In this document: positions 48,082-56,661 of the stretch, one piece after another
How positions within the stretch are numbered: the first letter of the stretch is position 1
Layout: each line of letters begins with the position of its first letter
From: a virus
DNA: 64,000 bases
Virus record (IMG/VR): IMGVR_UViG_3300030397_000226
Coordinates: 3,330-67,329 of that record
Strand: one strand, 5' to 3'
Translations under genes and position numbers: made by a program
The notes under the pieces: generated by a model
Seen by the model: only the letters and a program-made list of their open reading frames with translations
Told to the model about the DNA's origin: nothing
Databases searched by the model: none

Positions 48082-48495
48082 GTGGGACAGAAGTTCGCGG
48101 TTGCGGTAGAACCCAACGCCCGTCCGAAACTCAAGAATGGTCGCATGGTGCGCAGCAGGACAATCGTCTACTGTCACACTGACCAGGCAGATTGGGCTTC
48201 GGGCGGGGAACCTGCCCACTGCAACGTCTTCGACTTCAAACCATCGTTCCGCACCTGCAAGCGGTGCAAGCACAACCACGGCACTATGGAGATGGGGTGT
48301 AGTTCCGTTCCCCAGAAGGGGATGTGCAACAAGGATGCGAAACGGGACAAGTACGGCGTCGTCATCAGGAAGGGCAATCCTGACTTAGTTCATGACGCAC
48401 GACACGAGGACTGTCGGAAGTGTTACCAACGTCACATCTGTCTGTGGCACAAATTGAACGCAGTCTCTAAGGTAAGATTGCGAATTATCCCCTGA
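48082..48495 (+). CDS. Cys/His-rich putative metal-binding protein
   Basis: CKRCKH, CRKCYQRHIC and further Cys residues. Confidence 0.55.
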   Translation: MGQKFAVAVEPNARPKLKNGRMVRSRTIVYCHTDQADWASGGEPAHCNVFDFKPSFRTCKRCKHNHGTMEMGCSSVPQKGMCNKDAKRDKYGVVIRKGNPDLVHDARHEDCRKCYQRHICLWHKLNAVSKVRLRIIP

Positions 48496-48525
48496 AAGAA
48501 GTGAATCCACTCACTTTCATAGGGG

Positions 48526-48555
48526 TTGACACCGAATCACCCCATCGACTAGGAT
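48526..48555 (+). promoter_or_regulatory. Sigma70-like promoter
   Basis: TTGACA-N18-TAGGAT. Confidence 0.5.
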
Positions 48556-48586
48556 GGAGTGTCTTTCAAACGAAAGGGAACAACCT

Positions 48587-48871
48587 ATGCGGGTCTGGCG
48601 CATCAAGCGACGGGCCTCAACCGAGTTGTCTATTGACGACAAGGTTTGGTGGCTGGCAGATAGTCTAAAGACACCGAAACAATTGAACCTAATCATTAAG
48701 CGCCAAGACGCGGGAGGAGTCTTCCTCGATGCAGTTGGCGAAATCCACGGCACCGGAGAATCCGGTCGCATTCTCATTCAACTCAAACAACCAACCGATG
48801 ATATGGAGTGCGAATTCCTGAAACTCAATTTGGAAGAACAAGGCATTCGCATAATTAAAAAGGAAGTATAA
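48587..48871 (+). CDS. Hypothetical protein
   Basis: AAAGGGAACAACCT-ATG leader. Confidence 0.5.
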   Translation: MRVWRIKRRASTELSIDDKVWWLADSLKTPKQLNLIIKRQDAGGVFLDAVGEIHGTGESGRILIQLKQPTDDMECEFLKLNLEEQGIRIIKKEV

Positions 48872-48876
48872 GTACA

Positions 48877-49806
48877 ATGGCAAACACCAAAGCTGAACTC
48901 GCAAAGAAGGGCCTCGCAGAACTGCGGAAGATTGCGAAGCGTCACAAGATTAATCCGACTGGTAAGCGTCAGGCGCAGCTGGTTCGTGAAATCATGAAGA
49001 AGCAGGCGACTGCGAAGGGTAAGGGCACTGCCGCTGACCCGGATGCAGGCAAGACTCGTCGTGCGAAGACCTCAAAGAAGACGACCAAAAAGACCACCAA
49101 GAAGGCTGCCGCAAAGAAGACGACTAAGAAGGCATCTAGCCGCTCTTCATCCTCAGCGGCGAGCGCGGCGTCCGACAAGTCAGAGGTCACGGCACTCAAG
49201 AAGAAGGTCGATGCCCTGGAGGCCAAGGTCGAGTCATTGGAGAACCAGACTCGCGGACAACTCGCTACCGCCATTGCTCAGTGCATGGACGAACTCGGTA
49301 TCGAGCGACCGAAGGAGTGGCAGGACGCGGCTTACCGAAAGATGCTGAAGAAGCGTAAGGAGGAAGAAGAGGCCGAGGAGGAGGAACTCGATGACGACGA
49401 GGAGCTGGACGACGACGAAGAAGTCGATGAAGAGGAAGGCGATGAAGAAGAAGTCGACGAGGATGCCGAGGAAGAGGACGATGAAGAGGAAGTCGATGAT
49501 GAAGACGAAGAGGTCGACATCGTAGACGAAGATGGTGACGAGGACGAAGACGAAGAGGAGCCTGACGACGAGGAGGAAGAGGGCGACGATGAGGAAGAGT
49601 CCGACGAAGAAGAGGACGAAGAAGAAGGTGATGAGGAAGAAGAAGAGGAAATCACCGAGGAAGAGCTGAACGAGATGAATCTGTCCGAGCTGAAGGACTT
49701 GGCCAAGAAGGTCGGGTTCCGAGGTGCGGGTCGGTACAAGTCAGCCAACAAACTTCGCGAAGCTCTCATCGAGGCTTTGGAAGAGGAAGACGAAGAAGAG
49801 GAGTAA
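48877..49806 (+). CDS. Polyampholyte protein with two Rho_N/HEH-like helical ends, a basic tract and a long D/E tract
   Basis: ELAKKGLAELRKIAKRHKI and ELNEMNLSELKDLAKKVG...KLREALIEAL; about 100 aa of almost pure D/E. Confidence 0.7.
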   Translation: MANTKAELAKKGLAELRKIAKRHKINPTGKRQAQLVREIMKKQATAKGKGTAADPDAGKTRRAKTSKKTTKKTTKKAAAKKTTKKASSRSSSSAASAASDKSEVTALKKKVDALEAKVESLENQTRGQLATAIAQCMDELGIERPKEWQDAAYRKMLKKRKEEEEAEEEELDDDEELDDDEEVDEEEGDEEEVDEDAEEEDDEEEVDDEDEEVDIVDEDGDEDEDEEEPDDEEEEGDDEEESDEEEDEEEGDEEEEEEITEEELNEMNLSELKDLAKKVGFRGAGRYKSANKLREALIEALEEEDEEEE

Positions 49807-49811
49807 ACAGT

Positions 49812-50294
49812 ATGGCCGTCAAAAAGAAGACGGCGGCGAAGAAAACGGGAGCTGCGAAAGCGGCTCCCTCTTCGTCGTCTAAGAAGAAGGTAACCAAGAA
49901 GAAAGTGACCAAAAAGGTCACGAAGAAAAAGGCAACCGCTAAGAAGGCGGCCAAGAAGACCACCAAGAAAAAGAAGAAGGCCAAAAAGAAGCCTTTGACC
50001 TTGGCGGACAAGCAGGCACGTCGTCTCATCGAACAAGCACCGGAACGTGACGAGGAGCATGAGCTTCCGAAACACATTTATCCGGGTGCTCGCGTCAAGG
50101 TGTTCTACGAGGGTGAGGACACCGAGGCGATTGTGGAGTTCGTCCATGAAACGAAGGACATCTTCATGCTCAAGTCCCTCAAGGACAAGAGTCACTTCGC
50201 CTGTGCGGAGCGGTACATCAAACCACTCAAGACGGCGAAGAAGAAAGTTCTGAAGAAGCGAACCAAGAAGGCTTCGAAGAAGAGCGAAGAGTGA
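49812..50294 (+). CDS. Histone H1-like protein with small SH3/KOW-like C-terminal domain
   Basis: KKVTKK repeats, then IYPGARVKVFYEG....AIVEFV. Confidence 0.7.
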   Translation: MAVKKKTAAKKTGAAKAAPSSSSKKKVTKKKVTKKVTKKKATAKKAAKKTTKKKKKAKKKPLTLADKQARRLIEQAPERDEEHELPKHIYPGARVKVFYEGEDTEAIVEFVHETKDIFMLKSLKDKSHFACAERYIKPLKTAKKKVLKKRTKKASKKSEE

Positions 50295-50301
50295 TTCGAC
50301 G

Positions 50302-50340
50302 GGCTCCGGGGATGGCGACGTCCTCGGGGCCTTCTCACTT
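50302..50340 (+). terminator. Probable terminator hairpin
   Basis: GGCTCCGGGGA/TCCTCGGGGCC stem followed by TTCTCACTT. Confidence 0.45.
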
Positions 50341-50356
50341 GTGCTAGGATGGAACG

Positions 50357-51466
50357 ATGCAGGGAACCAAAGTCTACATGGCGGGTGCGGAAGTCAGCGC
50401 ACTAGCGGAGTCGCTCCTCAACAATGGAGTGAAGCGAATCCTCTGGTCCTACTTCTACATCATGGAGATGAAGCGAGAGAGGCAGCTCGCGTCGTACATG
50501 GAGCAGAACCCTGACGTCTCGTTCTTCCTCGACTCCGGGGCGTTCACCTACTTCACCAAGTGGAAGAAGGACGCATCCAAACTTCCGCACTACGAGAAGT
50601 ACGTCGAGCGTTACTTCTCCTACATCGATGAGTATGGACATCTCTACGACCGCATCGCGGAGCCCGACCTCGACAACACCGTACCCGGTGTGACGAATAG
50701 AGACGTGTCACATTGGTTGAATGAGATGCTCCTCACTTGGCCCGACCTCCCCGTCCTTCCGGTGTGGCATGGGTGGCGCGGCCAGGACGAATGGAACACC
50801 TACCTGTTGGACGACCGAATCAAGTTCCTCGGACTCGGACGCCAAAGTGGAGACTCTGGGCTCATGCGGAAGTTGGTGGTTCAGGCGCGTCGAGTCGGGA
50901 AACCCGTACATGGGTTTGCCCAAACGAAAGTGAACACTTCGCTCAAAAAGATTCCGTTCGACAGCGTTGACTCGACCTCGTGGCTGACGGGGCAGCAGTA
51001 CGGCACCATGTACGTCTTCCAGGGGAACAAGTTCATCACCCTCGCGAATGCGAATGATGGGAAGCGACGACGCAAGCTGTACCGGAACTACTTCAAGGCC
51101 ATTGGGTGCGATTACAAGAAAATCGAGGATGATGACGTCCACGAAGTGAGGAAGGCCAACGTGCTCGCCTGGAGGATGCTGGGGGACCGTCTCGCGGAGA
51201 TTCAGAAGCGACGGGCGGAAACGGACGTCACTCACGGTCTGGAGCGTCCTGAGGGCGATTCGGGGGGCGTGGTGAGTCTCTCTCGTGGCGAATCCGGCGA
51301 AGCGTCCCAGGGCGTCCCCAGGGCGCGGGAACGGGCGGTTTCAGCATTCAGCGAGGGTGGAATACTTCAGAACTTCAGACAGCGGGGCGATGAAGTCGCA
51401 CGCATGGGGGAGCGCCCGCGAGAGCGGGAGAGAGCGCCGTCAATTAGTTCGGCCAAACAGAGGTGA
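50357..51466 (+). CDS. dpdA: DpdA-like DNA guanine transglycosylase (7-deazaguanine insertion)
   Basis: ILWSYFY, FFLDSGAFT, LPVWH, FLGLG, VHGFA, PFDSVDSTSW are the phage DpdA/TGT-fold motifs; queD/queE/folE nearby. Confidence 0.85.
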   Translation: MQGTKVYMAGAEVSALAESLLNNGVKRILWSYFYIMEMKRERQLASYMEQNPDVSFFLDSGAFTYFTKWKKDASKLPHYEKYVERYFSYIDEYGHLYDRIAEPDLDNTVPGVTNRDVSHWLNEMLLTWPDLPVLPVWHGWRGQDEWNTYLLDDRIKFLGLGRQSGDSGLMRKLVVQARRVGKPVHGFAQTKVNTSLKKIPFDSVDSTSWLTGQQYGTMYVFQGNKFITLANANDGKRRRKLYRNYFKAIGCDYKKIEDDDVHEVRKANVLAWRMLGDRLAEIQKRRAETDVTHGLERPEGDSGGVVSLSRGESGEASQGVPRARERAVSAFSEGGILQNFRQRGDEVARMGERPRERERAPSISSAKQR

Positions 51467-51469
51467 ACA

Positions 51470-51928
51470 ATGTCAATTCCAATGGGTGAAAAAGGTAGCA
51501 TCGAGGAAAGCTACCACACAGTTATCGTTCTCTTCGCGTTCATGCGGGAGTTCCTGAAACACGTCCCCCCAGAGCAGTCGCTCGCGGTGATGTCGCTGGT
51601 CGAGCGAGAGGTGCGTTCAGGGACGACACCGGATGCGGATGTGGTCGCCAAGAAACTCGTGATGCTGGTCGAGCTGGAGGCGGAATACGCGAAGATGCGG
51701 AGGGACCCCGGCCAGCAGACCGGATACGAGAAGTTCAAGCAAGAGTTCGACGGCGAGGTAGCGCGAGCGCGTGGTACCCTGACCCCCGAGATGCGGAAGG
51801 AACTCCAGGAGAAGGCGCCCGAGGCGTTGAAGGAAATCGACGCGCTCTACGCGAAGATTGGCGGAATGAACCCGGTCTTCGACAACGTGTTCGACAGCTT
51901 GACGAAGGCGAGGAAGCCCAATGGCTAA
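51470..51928 (+). CDS. Hypothetical helical protein
   Basis: 152 aa, coupled to next gene. Confidence 0.55.
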   Translation: MSIPMGEKGSIEESYHTVIVLFAFMREFLKHVPPEQSLAVMSLVEREVRSGTTPDADVVAKKLVMLVELEAEYAKMRRDPGQQTGYEKFKQEFDGEVARARGTLTPEMRKELQEKAPEALKEIDALYAKIGGMNPVFDNVFDSLTKARKPNG

Positions 51929-52856
51929 GAAGTTCAAAGTAGTTCGGAAGAAAAAGACAGTTAAGAAGAAGCTCAAACTGAAGAAGAGCACTTCGGAACC
52001 GAAAGCCGAAGAGAAGAAGGCTGAAGAGACGGCCATTGCCAAAACCGATGAAGTGACTCTGGCACAAGCGGGAGACATCGGACCCAAGGAGCGCGATACC
52101 GTCTCGATGGTGATGGAGGGTTCCGTTCATCTGCCGGTGGTGACTGCCGAGTCGACCGACCTCGCGCTGGAACACTCGAAACTGGAGAAGCTGCCGAAGT
52201 TCGCTTGTTCGACCTGCACCATCTCGTCTGAGTGTCCCGAGTTCAAGGAGGGTTACGTTTGTGCGTTCAACGACGCCTTCAGCGCGTTCGGAAATGTGCG
52301 CAGCGTAGACAACGTGATGGAGTTGATGCGGTTCGTTGTGAACAAGAACTCGACTCGAATGATGCGTGCTCTGCTTCAGGAGGAGATTGTTAGCGGTGGA
52401 CAGTTGGACCCACAGGTAACCCGTCAAACCGAGGTTGTTCTTGGTCAATTGGAACGTATTGTCAGACTCTCTTCACAAGTGAAGAAAGTTGGGGTACAAT
52501 TCTCTGGTCCTGGCGCGTTACAGACGGCGACAAATGACAGCCAGCAAGGTGGAGGGATTCTATCGAAACTCTTCGGCAGCGTTCAGGAACCAATCAAAGA
52601 TGAGGCCGATGCACCTCTCAATCTAGCATCAGATGCAACAGTTGAAGTAGAAGGGCAGTCAATCGATGTGCCTGGAGGAGACGAGCCAAATGGCGAGAAC
52701 AATCAAAATGCGACGGGCGGGGTCCAAGAAGAAGACCAAGCCCCAGGAGTCTTCGACGAAGAAGCCAACGTATCCCAGGGAGAGCGACCTCTCACCGGGA
52801 GTGGTGGAACGTCTAATGGAGGCTCTGAGGTGGTGGAGATGGGGAGTACCGCCTGA
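51921..52856 (+). CDS. Cys-cluster protein downstream of dpdA
   Basis: FACSTCTISSECPEFKEGYVCAF four-Cys cluster; basic N-terminus, acidic C-terminus. Confidence 0.6.
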   Translation: MAKKFKVVRKKKTVKKKLKLKKSTSEPKAEEKKAEETAIAKTDEVTLAQAGDIGPKERDTVSMVMEGSVHLPVVTAESTDLALEHSKLEKLPKFACSTCTISSECPEFKEGYVCAFNDAFSAFGNVRSVDNVMELMRFVVNKNSTRMMRALLQEEIVSGGQLDPQVTRQTEVVLGQLERIVRLSSQVKKVGVQFSGPGALQTATNDSQQGGGILSKLFGSVQEPIKDEADAPLNLASDATVEVEGQSIDVPGGDEPNGENNQNATGGVQEEDQAPGVFDEEANVSQGERPLTGSGGTSNGGSEVVEMGSTA

Positions 52857-53112
52857 GGGAAAGTCACTCTTCCAAACTGAACTCGATGTCTGTGGCGCTT
52901 TCGACGATTACTGTGAAGTCATGGGTATCGACAACGGACTCGACACCGCGAAAGCGACACGCGACATGCGGGGACCTACAGAACGACGTGTGAGTCGTTC
53001 GATTCCACGGCCTGTCCCTCCACCAGAGCCTGCCCCGATTCTGAAGAAGGTCGTACTCAAGAAGGCCAAAAAGAAGAAGAGCAAAAAGTTCAAGCTCAAG
53101 AAGGCGGGATGA
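52816..53112 (+). CDS. Hypothetical protein with Lys-rich C-terminus
   Basis: Start uncertain; ends KKVVLKKAKKKKSKKFKLKKAG. Confidence 0.4.
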   Translation: MEALRWWRWGVPPEGKSLFQTELDVCGAFDDYCEVMGIDNGLDTAKATRDMRGPTERRVSRSIPRPVPPPEPAPILKKVVLKKAKKKKSKKFKLKKAG

Positions 53113-53113
53113 G

Positions 53114-53422
53114 ATGTCTGACTTCGACACAGTGCGAGGAGCACTCACCACTCTGGAGGCTTTGAACCAGAAGTCGGCACATCCTGACCTCACCCCTGGT
53201 GAACTTCAGCGGACGCTCGGAGCCATCAAGACCGCGAAGAAGCTGGTCATCGAGAGTTACTGTATGGCCCACACTGCGGCCACTATGAAAGAGGATGTCG
53301 ACCCCGTACGGTTCACCTTCCTCGTGAAACAAACAGCCGAATTTGCGTCCTGTCCTATTGGTCTTGACGTAATCAAACTTCTCTATGGAGAAAGGGAGTA
53401 CAATGAGCGAACAAGTGAGTGA
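53114..53422 (+). CDS. Hypothetical protein
   Basis: 102 aa in co-oriented array. Confidence 0.5.
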   Translation: MSDFDTVRGALTTLEALNQKSAHPDLTPGELQRTLGAIKTAKKLVIESYCMAHTAATMKEDVDPVRFTFLVKQTAEFASCPIGLDVIKLLYGEREYNERTSE

Positions 53423-53906
53423 GTTGGTAGAGACGTGCTATGGCACGAAGCCAGCCGAGGATAGAATCATCCACGTTGACCGTGAGGTGGTGGTGACTCA
53501 GGAAAAGGCAGTGCGTGCTGACCCCGAATACGGGCCTGTCGGTTTCGTTCTTCTCCTGGTGGCAGTCATTGGTTGTATCTGTGGGATGTTCATCGGTTAC
53601 TACACGAAAGGTGACGACGAACCCGAACAGGCTGAGGCGGAAGTTGCAGAAACAACGGACGAGTACGATGACAGCGCGTGCGGTGCGCTGGGCAAGGAGT
53701 ACTCTGACTACTTTGTCAATATCCACTCGTTCAATGTGGATGCGGTTCGTCATCCTGTTCACGGATGCACACTTGAGGTGAAGCCTGAGCGTCGAAAGAA
53801 GTACACTCTCACAGGCAAATACATTGAAGCCTATCTCGCCATGAAGGTGGAGGCGGCGAAATTCCCACAACCGGAGGAGAAGGAACATGACAGCTCTCGC
53901 TATTGA
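53403..53906 (+). CDS. Single-pass membrane protein
   Basis: GFVLLLVAVIGCICGMFIGYY transmembrane segment. Confidence 0.6.
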   Translation: MSEQVSELVETCYGTKPAEDRIIHVDREVVVTQEKAVRADPEYGPVGFVLLLVAVIGCICGMFIGYYTKGDDEPEQAEAEVAETTDEYDDSACGALGKEYSDYFVNIHSFNVDAVRHPVHGCTLEVKPERRKKYTLTGKYIEAYLAMKVEAAKFPQPEEKEHDSSRY

Positions 53907-54447
53907 AAAACTGAACAGTGTCGCCCACGCGGCGATGGAACCTCGTGGAGTAGGGTCGACCTATTGCGCGGTGAACGCGGTGAAGAACACACCGAGTGCT
54001 ATCTTGGTCACGCACGACTCTCAATTCGGCGACCGCATTAGCAAGGAGCACAACATCGAGACACGTTCCATTCAGAGTCCTCAACGTCTGATGGGTCACA
54101 ATGGTCCGATTGTATTCGACCACTATGCGGTGTGGTTCATTTGTGCGGGTGCAATTAAAGCAATCGAGGAGTGGCGAGAGAAGTCAGAGGAGAACGCGCG
54201 GTCTGCGGACAAGGAGAGAGCTGAAAAGGTAACCGCTCAGCAAGCAGCCAGTAGTTACATTCAGCGAATCGAGGAACTCGAAAAGGAGGTCGCGCTTCTG
54301 AAGACTGACCAACACCGAGTCTGGGAAGACGGACTAATGGCGTCCGATGAGTGTCAGCAGATTGGATTGGATGCTGCTCTTGAAGCGTACGGACCCAACC
54401 CGTTTGAAGGAGGGGAAGATGTCGGAGAACAAGCAAGTCAAGGTTGA
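53887..54447 (+). CDS. Hypothetical protein
   Basis: RGVGST and PIVFDH hint at a degenerate P-loop-like fold; C-terminal coiled coil. Confidence 0.5.
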   Translation: MTALAIEKLNSVAHAAMEPRGVGSTYCAVNAVKNTPSAILVTHDSQFGDRISKEHNIETRSIQSPQRLMGHNGPIVFDHYAVWFICAGAIKAIEEWREKSEENARSADKERAEKVTAQQAASSYIQRIEELEKEVALLKTDQHRVWEDGLMASDECQQIGLDAALEAYGPNPFEGGEDVGEQASQG

Positions 54448-54664
54448 TTGCTGTCCGTTGCTTAAGGACGTCATCAGTCGTCCAAAAGACACGGATAAGC
54501 TGGGCCTGATGTTGGACAAAGAGATGCTCACTGGACGCGAGTTCTTACTCATCAGGATGAGAAAGGCGAAGAAGGGCACCTCTGAACACTGGAATGCGGT
54601 GTTTGCTGAAGTGAGCTACTGCCCTTTCTGCGGGAAGAAGATAGAGCGGACGGATGGAGGGTGA
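54419..54664 (+). CDS. Small Cys-containing protein
   Basis: DCC and YCPFCGKKI. Confidence 0.55.
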   Translation: MSENKQVKVDCCPLLKDVISRPKDTDKLGLMLDKEMLTGREFLLIRMRKAKKGTSEHWNAVFAEVSYCPFCGKKIERTDGG

Positions 54665-54789
54665 CTGCGGCTTTTGTGGAAAGAGGATACTCTACCTGGG
54701 TGCTGGGCATTGTTCCCCCAAGTGCTGGCAAGAGTCGATGAGGTTGAAGGAACGCGGTAAGAAGAGATTCAAATTAAAAAGGAGCAGGC

Positions 54790-55509
54790 ATGAGAAACTT
54801 AGTAGTAGCAACGATGATGGTCGGGTGTTCCGCCTCAACAGGAGAAGTCGATGACAGAGAAACAGCGCCAACCGATTCCTTTGGGAAAGTGGACACTGGT
54901 GGGAGTGGGGGTGGGTTGCCTCTTCATGACGGCGGTTCATTTGGGGGCGATAGTTCGTCATCTGGGGGCTCTCCGAGCGATGGAGGCAACCCAGGTTTGC
55001 CTACAGGCGGTGTCGATTCGAGCGGAGGAACTGACACCGGAGGGACGCACTCAGGAGGTCAACCACTGTCTGGAGGTAGCGGCGGGGGACTGGTAGGCGG
55101 AACAGGCGGGGAAACGTCCACAGGAGGCGTCTCAGGCGGTTCTGGCGGGTCCGTGGGGACTGGCGGACAGGTTGTGGATTGCGGGGACCCGTGCGCGGCG
55201 ACAGAAGGCGTCTTTGATGGCGAGAATGTCGTGCAGCAGCCCATCTGCGGTCCTGTCATCGACGATTGTGACGAAACCGTGTATTGCGGCGAATGCGTGG
55301 CTCCTGATTGCTCCCAGGACCCCATCTACCCCGCGTACTGGAACAACCACTCGTGCGATGACCCTGACCTCCCCCACAAGTGGCATTGTGCCGATTTGAG
55401 GCTCGTCAAATTCACCCCGTATTGCGAAGTCGCATTCGAGGTCATCAATCCCATCCTGAATCCGGGCTCACCCCACACAGTGATGGAAGGAGTAGTATGT
55501 TGTGAGTGA
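54790..55509 (+). CDS. Gly-rich, Cys-rich putative lipoprotein
   Basis: MRNLVVATMMVG-C lipobox-like; GGSGG/GGTGG linker; disulfide-type C-terminal domain. Confidence 0.6.
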   Translation: MRNLVVATMMVGCSASTGEVDDRETAPTDSFGKVDTGGSGGGLPLHDGGSFGGDSSSSGGSPSDGGNPGLPTGGVDSSGGTDTGGTHSGGQPLSGGSGGGLVGGTGGETSTGGVSGGSGGSVGTGGQVVDCGDPCAATEGVFDGENVVQQPICGPVIDDCDETVYCGECVAPDCSQDPIYPAYWNNHSCDDPDLPHKWHCADLRLVKFTPYCEVAFEVINPILNPGSPHTVMEGVVCCE

Positions 55510-55711
55510 CGCTGACAAATTGCAGAACTTCATTGGTACCGTTGAGGCTATCGAGAAAGTGTCCGACAAGGTTGTCACTGTTAAGGTGCGTCGAGTGAAC
55601 GGTAAGGACCAACCGATGCCTCACGTTATCCAGCTTCAGCTCTCAAAGGGCGAAGTCGAACGATTGGGGATTCGGTACGGAACCGACATCTCTGTTCAGG
55701 TGCAGACATGA
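55502..55711 (+). CDS. Small OB/TOBE-like hypothetical protein
   Basis: FIGTVEAIEK......VKV....L.L...EVERLGIRYG. Confidence 0.45.
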   Translation: MSDADKLQNFIGTVEAIEKVSDKVVTVKVRRVNGKDQPMPHVIQLQLSKGEVERLGIRYGTDISVQVQT

Positions 55712-56007
55712 GGGACTTTCTTACATTCGGCGTGATGTGGTTCTTCTCATGCATCATGGTCGCTTTTTTCTCTCTCGGTTGCGCAGGAGTTGTAGCGACA
55801 GGACTCTGGGCTCTCGACTTCATGGAAACGAACCAGTTTAGTCATCTACTCATGAAGTACGGACATCTCGTATTTTTGGCAGTTTCGTTCGTTGTAGCGA
55901 CCGCTGCCTTTTTAGGACAAAAGAAAAAGGAACACGAAAAATGGCAAACCAACAAATCACAGACCTCAAGCGTACCCACCGACTCAAGTTCGTCATCACG
56001 GCACTGA
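55708..56007 (+). CDS. Two-TM membrane protein
   Basis: Two hydrophobic segments; ATGA coupling. Confidence 0.5.
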   Translation: MRDFLTFGVMWFFSCIMVAFFSLGCAGVVATGLWALDFMETNQFSHLLMKYGHLVFLAVSFVVATAAFLGQKKKEHEKWQTNKSQTSSVPTDSSSSSRH

Positions 56008-56219
56008 AGGGGGAGGAGGAAATCGTCTTCGAGTTTCCTGGCGTAGCCAAACTCAACGAGTTCTTCAGAGCAACCGACAACGTGCAGTTCTACGGACACA
56101 ACCGGGATGGTGACGGGTACTACCACTCCAAGGGGGACATCGAGATTAAGGACCTTGACAAGACGTGGGTGCTCAAGGCGAAGCAAGCGGAGGACGGGGA
56201 TGACACCGGAGAAGGTTGA
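55941..56219 (+). CDS. Hypothetical protein
   Basis: AAGGAACAC leader. Confidence 0.55.
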   Translation: MANQQITDLKRTHRLKFVITALKGEEEIVFEFPGVAKLNEFFRATDNVQFYGHNRDGDGYYHSKGDIEIKDLDKTWVLKAKQAEDGDDTGEG

Positions 56220-56652
56220 GGAACTGGTTCGCCAGTATGTTCGCGAAGCTCAGGAGCGCGGACTTGTTCTCATTCATGACCAATTCTTCACCCCTAGTGG
56301 GAATGATTGTTGTGGACTCGGGGCCTGTATGCTTGCCAAATACAACTGGAACTTTGAGGACGTCAAGGTCGCACTCTATGAGTTCGTGGAAGAGGACGAA
56401 GCGCTCGCAGCCGAGGATATGGATTTCGACGACCTAATGATATTCTGTGCAGGTCTCGCCGCTCAGACTTTTGGGCTAAGCGTGTACGAAATAAATGCGT
56501 TCACTAACGGATTCGATGGTTCAAAGATTCCGTCTAGTACCCCGGAATCAAAGCCTTTTTACGAGGCAGGTGCTCGCTTGCGTCATGACTTTTTCCCGGA
56601 GGACAGACCGGGTACAATAGATGAATCTCAGCAGGGACAAGCTGAGTCTTAG
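56200..56652 (+). CDS. Hypothetical protein
   Basis: GGAGG leader; acidic. Confidence 0.55.
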   Translation: MTPEKVEELVRQYVREAQERGLVLIHDQFFTPSGNDCCGLGACMLAKYNWNFEDVKVALYEFVEEDEALAAEDMDFDDLMIFCAGLAAQTFGLSVYEINAFTNGFDGSKIPSSTPESKPFYEAGARLRHDFFPEDRPGTIDESQQGQAES

Positions 56653-56661
56653 GAGGTAACA

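Noticed and set aside
49370-49800. GAR/GAY-rich repetitive DNA as tandem repeat or array
   Set aside because: Imperfect triplet runs encoding the acidic tract; no fixed repeat unit
47351-50195. Minus-strand Phe/Leu/Val-rich and poly-Ser ORFs resembling membrane proteins
   Set aside because: They are reverse complements of Lys and Asp/Glu codon runs in the + strand genes
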